The notes beneath the pieces are model-generated. The model did not search any database. It saw only the letters and a program-made list of their open reading frames with translations, and had not been told where the DNA came from. DNA of 64,000 nucleotides from Clostridia bacterium (GTDB taxonomy: Bacteria; Bacillota; Clostridia; UBA1381), in assembly GCA_034090805.1 (NCBI GenBank), contig JAXDRV010000138.1:66188-130187 (forward strand), in the 5' to 3' direction. The stretch's first letter is position 1. Each line of letters starts with the position of its first letter. Both the position numbers and the translations under genes were made by a program. Shown in pieces: positions 58,707 to 64,000 of the stretch.

Positions 58707-59445
58707 ATTTTTCACGGCGAGAGAAAATATTTTTGAAAACGAGATTATAATAAATAACGAGGACGCAGCGCATATTACACGAGTTCTGCGACACAGCATC
58801 GGTGATGTGATAACGGTATGCGACGGCATGGGATATGATTATTCGGCAAGAATAGAGAGCATAGAGCCGAAGGAGATACGATGCTCGGTGCTGTCAAAGG
58901 AAAAATGTCCGTCCGAGCCTAATATTTCGGTCACGCTGTTTCAGGGGATACCCAAGGCGGCGAAGATGGATTATATTATTCAAAAAACAACGGAGCTGGG
59001 AATTTCAAGAATCGTCCCGGTGATGCTTTCGAGGTGTGTTGTAAAGCTTGAAAACAAAAAAGCCGAGGAGAAAAAGCACGAAAGATGGCAGAAAATAGCG
59101 AATGAGGCAGCAAAGCAATGCGGCAGAGGCGTTGTTCCGGAAGTGACTATGCCCGTAACGCTTGATGAGGCACTGAAAATGGCGGGTGAATCGGAGCTTG
59201 TTTTTGCGCCGTATGAATGCGAGGAGAAAAACAGGTTAAGAACAGTGCTGACGGAAAACAATACGGCAAAAAGCATAGGCTTTATAATAGGTCCCGAGGG
59301 CGGGTTTGATCTGTCTGAAACGGAACAAATAAAAGCGGCGGGATTTGAAACGATAACTCTCGGCAGACGTATTTTAAGAACTGAAACGGCGGGAGAGGCT
59401 GTTCTTGCGATGGTGATGTACGAGCTGGGTGATATAAATGGCTGA
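58699..59445 (+). CDS. rsmE: 16S rRNA (uracil1498-N3)-methyltransferase
   Basis: ATG follows GGAGGAAAG and overlaps the upstream stop by 8 nt. Motifs HITRVLR and IIGPEGGF. Confidence 0.88.
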   Translation: MPKFFTARENIFENEIIINNEDAAHITRVLRHSIGDVITVCDGMGYDYSARIESIEPKEIRCSVLSKEKCPSEPNISVTLFQGIPKAAKMDYIIQKTTELGISRIVPVMLSRCVVKLENKKAEEKKHERWQKIANEAAKQCGRGVVPEVTMPVTLDEALKMAGESELVFAPYECEEKNRLRTVLTENNTAKSIGFIIGPEGGFDLSETEQIKAAGFETITLGRRILRTETAGEAVLAMVMYELGDING

Positions 59446-60001
59446 CGTTTTTTTGGAATATGCCGATACGGCGGCTGTGAATAAGGATTTTTCGCAAAAG
59501 CGGCTTAAAAAGCTTGCAAGGCTGAAAAATCCGAAGGCGGCGGCTCTTTCGGCGGCGGCAGAGAGAGCACTCATTCGTGCGGTGCGTGCGTATTTTCCGG
59601 ATGTGCCGCTGCCTGTCGAATACGATTATACAGACAGCGGAAAGCCGTATCTTATCGGCAATAAAGCATATATCAGCCTGTCCCATTCGGGCGATATTGC
59701 GGTATGCGCAATATCTGAAAATGAGGTGGGAGTGGATATTCAGAAAATATCGGATTACGATAAGCGTCTTGCAGACCGTTTTTTTTGCCGTGAGGAAAGG
59801 GATTACATCAGCGCAGCCGATAACGAAAAATATGCCTTTTATGAAATTTGGACAAGAAAGGAAGCAAGGGTAAAGCTGACGGGCGAGGGCATAGGCACCG
59901 ATTTTGCCGAAATCAACTGCCTTGATGAAAGCGAGTACATATACACTGTGTCATCATGTGAAAACGGGAAATATGTAATGTGTATATGTGAACACAGGTG
60001 A
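59438..60001 (+). CDS. 4'-phosphopantetheinyl transferase (Sfp type)
   Basis: Motifs ISLSHSGD, VGVDIQ, EIWTRKEARVKLTG. Confidence 0.8.
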   Translation: MADVFLEYADTAAVNKDFSQKRLKKLARLKNPKAAALSAAAERALIRAVRAYFPDVPLPVEYDYTDSGKPYLIGNKAYISLSHSGDIAVCAISENEVGVDIQKISDYDKRLADRFFCREERDYISAADNEKYAFYEIWTRKEARVKLTGEGIGTDFAEINCLDESEYIYTVSSCENGKYVMCICEHR

Positions 60002-60007
60002 AAAACT

Positions 60008-60055
60008 AAAAACTCTTGAATTTGACCGGTAAAAGGTCTGATTTCAAGAGTTTTT
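60008..60055. terminator. Bidirectional terminator hairpin, inverted homologue of 31912-31961
   Basis: AAAAACTCTTGAA-TTT-GACC-GGTAAAA-GGTC-TGAT-TTCAAGAGTTTTT. Confidence 0.8.
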
Positions 60056-60103
60056 GTATATTGTGCTGTTTGAAAATAATTTTGTAACAGCCAATAAAGC
60101 TGT

Positions 60104-61606
60104 TTACGGAAGATTTATTTCTTCCAAATCCTTTGCCGGCAGTTTTACTGTCGAATCCTTTACGAATTTCTTTACGGCCTGCGTAGCCTGAGGGATCGTT
60201 ATGTTTGTTCCGGCACCGGCAACACAGCCTCCGGGACAAGCCATTCCCTCTATCAGGCAGCCATCCTTTTTACCGGCTTTTGCAAGCAGCAGCATTGTCT
60301 GACAGTTTGAAAGTCCTTCGGCGTGCTCGATGAATACGTCAACGTCGGGATAGTATTCGTTTACACACTGCTCTATAGCCGAGGCAACTCCCGTTGCAAC
60401 CGCATATCCGCGACCTGCGCCTGTTGCGTCATGTACGGGGACTTCCTTGTCGTATGTGTTAAAGTCGATGCCTTTTGCCTCAAACATAGCGGCAAGCTCC
60501 TCAAAGGTTATTACAAAATCAACATCGCTTCGTACCGTACGGCGTGACGCTTCAAGCTTTTTCGATGCGCATGGACCTACAAATACCACTCTTGCATTCG
60601 GACGCTTTTGCTTTATGCTTCTTGCCGTGGCAACCATGGGAGTGAGTGCGTTTGAAACGGTTTCAACCATGTCGGGCAACGTGCGCTTTGCAAGCATTGA
60701 CCATGAAGGACAGCATGACGTCAATAAAAACGGCAACTCGCCTGTTTTAACCTTTTCAACATAGTGGTGCGCCTCTGTAATCGCTCCTATGTCCGCTCCG
60801 AGTGCAACCTCGTAAACCTCTTTAAAGCCTAAATCCAAAAGTGCCGCCTTAATCTTCCATAATCTTACATCCTTTCCGAACTGACCCACAATTGCGGGTG
60901 CAACGGCGGCAACGACCTCGTCGCCCTTCTTTATTGCTTGGATAAGCTGGAATATCTGCGACTTGTCCGCAATTGCGCCGAAAGGACAGTTAACCATGCA
61001 CTGACCGCAGGAAACGCATTTCTCGTTGTTTATTTTTGCTCTGCCCTGTTCATCGCTCTCAATAGCATTCACGCCGCAGGCTGACGCACACGGACGCTCC
61101 TTTTTTGTGATGGCGTCGTAGGGGCATATTGCCTTGCATTTGCCGCATTTTATACATTTGTCACGATCTATGTAGGATTTTCCGTTGACCATGGAAATCG
61201 CATCTTTGGGACACACCTCGATACACGGGTGGGCAACGCAGCCGTGACACTGGTTTGTTACTTCATATACGTTATGCTCACACATATCGCACGCCGACGG
61301 GATAACCTGAAGCAGGGGCGGCTCGTAATACTTGTCCGAAATATTGCTTGCGCTCAGTCCGCTTGTGACGTGAACAGGCTGATTTTCGGGACGAAGTGAA
61401 AGCCCCATTGCAAGACGTACTCTCTCCGCCGCTATGGCTCTCTCTCTGTAAATACTCTCTCTGAAAAGAGGGACGTCCCCCGGTGTGATTTTGTAGGGGA
61501 TGGCTTCGATGTCGTCATTGATGTTATCCGACTCGAAAGCAACGCGGGCAACCTCCGTAAAAACCTTTCTTCTGATTTTAGTTATTGGTGTTTCTATACC
61601 TCTCAT
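60104..61606 (-). CDS. Monomeric [FeFe] hydrogenase-like protein (group-B-like)
   Basis: Several CxxCxxCxxxCP ferredoxin motifs. H-cluster-like motifs LTSCCPSW, GPCASKKLE, GMACPGGCVAGAG. Confidence 0.85.
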   Translation of the reverse strand: MRGIETPITKIRRKVFTEVARVAFESDNINDDIEAIPYKITPGDVPLFRESIYRERAIAAERVRLAMGLSLRPENQPVHVTSGLSASNISDKYYEPPLLQVIPSACDMCEHNVYEVTNQCHGCVAHPCIEVCPKDAISMVNGKSYIDRDKCIKCGKCKAICPYDAITKKERPCASACGVNAIESDEQGRAKINNEKCVSCGQCMVNCPFGAIADKSQIFQLIQAIKKGDEVVAAVAPAIVGQFGKDVRLWKIKAALLDLGFKEVYEVALGADIGAITEAHHYVEKVKTGELPFLLTSCCPSWSMLAKRTLPDMVETVSNALTPMVATARSIKQKRPNARVVFVGPCASKKLEASRRTVRSDVDFVITFEELAAMFEAKGIDFNTYDKEVPVHDATGAGRGYAVATGVASAIEQCVNEYYPDVDVFIEHAEGLSNCQTMLLLAKAGKKDGCLIEGMACPGGCVAGAGTNITIPQATQAVKKFVKDSTVKLPAKDLEEINLP

Positions 61607-61829
61607 TTATTACCACGCTCCGTTTCTCATATTCGCCTTTGTAAGGTGTTAATAATATTATAATAGAATTGCTCCTGTTTGTCAAGAAAAACCCATGGTT
61701 TTTGCATTATTACATTATAAGAAATTTTTTTGAAAATATCTTGACAAAGCATAAAAACGGATATATAATAAAACTATGTTATGCAACATTGTTGTATAAT
61801 GTATTTTTCGTGGCGAAGGAGTGAACGAT

Positions 61830-62438
61830 ATGCCTCCCAAAGCAAAATTTACAAAAGAGGAAATTGCAGAGCAGGCACTGAATATTATAAAAGAAGAGGG
61901 TGCGGCCGCATTGACAGCGAGAAGCTTGGGCGAGAGGCTGGGAACATCGTCAAGACCGATATTTACGGCGTTTGAAAATATGAATGAAGTAAAAGCGGCG
62001 GCGAGGGCGATAGCGATGCGTGAGTTTGAGGAATATATCAGCGATTTTGAGGAATACAAGCCGGCGTTCAAGCGGATAGGAATGCAGATGATAAATTACG
62101 GAATACATCAGCCTGAGCTTTTTAAGCTGCTGTTTATGCATGAGCATTCGGAGGCAAGGAGCTTTGAGGATATAATGACGGAGCTTGGCGGTATGGCGGA
62201 GATTTGCGTTGGTCTTATACAGCGTGATTATAAAATGACACGCAGTGAAGCGAAAATTTTGTTTGAGGATATGTGGGTATACACCTTCGGAATAGGCGCA
62301 TTGTGCGCAATGAGGGTATGTGATTTTACGGAGGAGGAAACAGCCGAAAGACTCGGACGTATATTTGTCGGTCAGGCTGCGGCGATGGGCTTCAATGCAG
62401 AATGCTGCAATGAGTCAAGCTTCTTTTCCACGTTATGA
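61830..62438 (+). CDS. TetR/AcrR-family transcriptional regulator
   Basis: ATG 61830 lies 8 nt after AAGGAG. HTH sequence [20 protein letters not shown]. Confidence 0.8.
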   Translation: MPPKAKFTKEEIAEQALNIIKEEGAAALTARSLGERLGTSSRPIFTAFENMNEVKAAARAIAMREFEEYISDFEEYKPAFKRIGMQMINYGIHQPELFKLLFMHEHSEARSFEDIMTELGGMAEICVGLIQRDYKMTRSEAKILFEDMWVYTFGIGALCAMRVCDFTEEETAERLGRIFVGQAAAMGFNAECCNESSFFSTL

Positions 62439-62472
62439 TTTATGCCGCATGGCGGCGGAATGGAGGATTATT

Positions 62473-62667
62473 ATGAAAAAGTTATATAAATCAAAATATG
62501 ACAGAAAGCTGTGCGGAGTGTGCGGTGGAATTGCGGAATATTTCGAGCTTGATCCGACATTGGTAAGATTGGGATTGGTGCTGTTCTGCGCACTCGGCGG
62601 CAGCGGTATAATCGCATATATTATTGCTGCGATAATAATTCCGGAAAAGCCGGATAATATTTTGTAG
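62473..62667 (+). CDS. PspC-domain membrane protein (64 aa)
   Basis: ATG follows GGAGG. Sequence [30 protein letters not shown], then a TM helix. Confidence 0.8.
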   Translation: MKKLYKSKYDRKLCGVCGGIAEYFELDPTLVRLGLVLFCALGGSGIIAYIIAAIIIPEKPDNIL

Positions 62668-62858
62668 AAAAGGACTTATGAAAAATAGGACTTGCGGGCA
62701 GTCTGAAGCCTGCCTCGACTGTATGCTGTTATATCGGATCGGTTGAATTATTTCGCAGATAAGATAGGACGGAGATCTGAGTGTGCCTGTTTTGAATACA
62801 GCCAATATTCATATAAATGAAATTTACCGTAATGCAGTTGGGAAGAAAGGTGGTTAAT

Positions 62859-63317
62859 GTGAAGTTTAAAAATCCATTATTGGTTGTAGCCGACATGGAA
62901 AGATCGGTTGAGTTTTACAGATCGGTGCTTGGGCTGCGGAAAACTGCGGATTTTGGTGCAAATGTGACCTTGACGGGCGGTGTTTGCCTGCAAACGCAGG
63001 AGTCGTGGATCGGATTTATCGAAAATGAAGATATATGTTTCGGAGGCAGAGCTTTTGAGATATATTTTGAAGAAGATGATTTTGACGGCTTTTGCGAGCG
63101 GTTGAAAACACTTGACATAAATTACGTGCACCACGTTAAGGAGCACGCATGGGGACAGCGTGCGGTGCGTTTTTATGACCCGGATATGCACATCATCGTG
63201 GTAGGAGAGGATATACGTTCGGTGTGCAGACGGTTTCTGAACAGCGGCATGACGATTGAGCAGACGGCGGAGCGTATGGACGTACCGCTGAATTTTGTGA
63301 GGAACAGTGTAAAGTGA
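62859..63317 (+). CDS. VOC/glyoxalase-family protein
   Basis: GTG 62859 follows AAAGGTGG (ATG 62817 is possible). Sequence LLVVADMERSVEFYRSVLGL. Confidence 0.7.
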   Translation: MKFKNPLLVVADMERSVEFYRSVLGLRKTADFGANVTLTGGVCLQTQESWIGFIENEDICFGGRAFEIYFEEDDFDGFCERLKTLDINYVHHVKEHAWGQRAVRFYDPDMHIIVVGEDIRSVCRRFLNSGMTIEQTAERMDVPLNFVRNSVK

Positions 63318-63862
63318 AAAATAAGAATTTGCCGAATTTAATTACAATCAGCAGAATTGCGGCTGCGCTTTTTCTGATACCGCTGCGTGCTTTTTCGGCG
63401 GTGTTCTTTGTGGTTTATACATATTGCGGAATTTCCGATGTGCTTGACGGTGCATTGGCAAGAGGATTGGATTCCGCGAGCGAAAACGGGGCAAGACTGG
63501 ACAGTGCGGCGGATATTGCTTTTTATGCGATTATGGTGTTTAAAATTTTCCCGATCGTGCGCAGTGAGCTGACGCCTTTGATTTGGTGCATAATCGGAGC
63601 GGCGGTATTGCTGCGAGTTATCTGCTATATAACAGCCGCAGTGAAATACCGCCGTTTTGCGGCACTGCATACATATATGAATAAACTGACGGGATTTCTT
63701 GTTTTCAGCGTTCCGTACATATTTTTACTGCCGTTTTTCAAATGGGTATGCTTGCCGATAAGCATTGTCGCAGTGATCGCCGCCGCAGAGGAGCTTATAA
63801 TTCACATATGCTCAAATGACTGCAGTTCGGACGTAAAGAGTATATACGATTGGTTATGTTAA
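63314..63862 (+). CDS. CDP-alcohol phosphatidyltransferase family protein
   Basis: GTGA overlap with the upstream stop. Motif DVLDGALARGLDSASENGARLDSAADI. Multi-TM. Confidence 0.8.
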   Translation: MKNKNLPNLITISRIAAALFLIPLRAFSAVFFVVYTYCGISDVLDGALARGLDSASENGARLDSAADIAFYAIMVFKIFPIVRSELTPLIWCIIGAAVLLRVICYITAAVKYRRFAALHTYMNKLTGFLVFSVPYIFLLPFFKWVCLPISIVAVIAAAEELIIHICSNDCSSDVKSIYDWLC

Positions 63863-64000
63863 AGCTGCCGCATCATTTCAGGAAAGCAAAAATAGTACAC
63901 GAACCCAATCATCCCACGCACAAACCCGAATTTTCACATACGCCTGTGTCATCTCATTTAACTCATCGGATCTACAGATGATTATTTTGTTTGTTGAACA

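Overview
This window is a chromosomal core region of a medium-GC Firmicute. Gene content and protein sequences look Clostridia / Ruminococcus-Oscillospiraceae-like, but that taxon call is an inference, not proven here. I support about 60 protein genes and 3 tRNAs.

Gene content, in order:
- pyrG (3' part) and a heterodimeric ABC exporter pair
- ilvB-ilvN-ilvC, then rpsF-ssb-rpsR
- a HydC/HydB/HydA-type trimeric [FeFe] hydrogenase operon
- a phosphohexomutase, argH, and a D-Ala-D-Ala carboxypeptidase
- rluB, a LUD-domain protein, and an Fe-type alcohol dehydrogenase
- leuCDB, then gyrA followed by three tandem cyclophilin paralogues
- glnA plus an ANTAR response regulator
- dapF-dapL, gltBD, and eno
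- rnhB-yraN, rsmE, and a second (group-B-like) [FeFe] hydrogenase

No CRISPR array, rRNA, integrase or transposase gene was seen.

The most striking unexplained signal is a dense family of modular, hairpin-forming, MITE-like repeats:
- There are 8 copies in 64 kb, and all are intergenic.
- They have terminal inverted repeats, and some copies carry perfect 12-bp target-site duplications.
- They sit in 5' leaders and intra-operon spacers of ilvC, leuC, dapF, gltB and other genes.
- The composite form consists of two inverted paralogues of one ~90-nt hairpin module. Each module shows strand-specific G-U pairing.

Secondary leads:
- an orphan two-gene cassette (715-aa soluble protein with a GAP1-N-like N-terminus plus an acidic single-pass membrane protein) with its own promoter
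- stacks of perfect palindromes in convergent intergenic regions
- a short promoter-to-terminator unit upstream of leuC
- a terminator-containing glnA leader next to the ANTAR regulator
- a well-signalled 38-codon secreted-peptide ORF

All functional calls rest on motifs read from the translations and on my memory of protein families. No database search was run.
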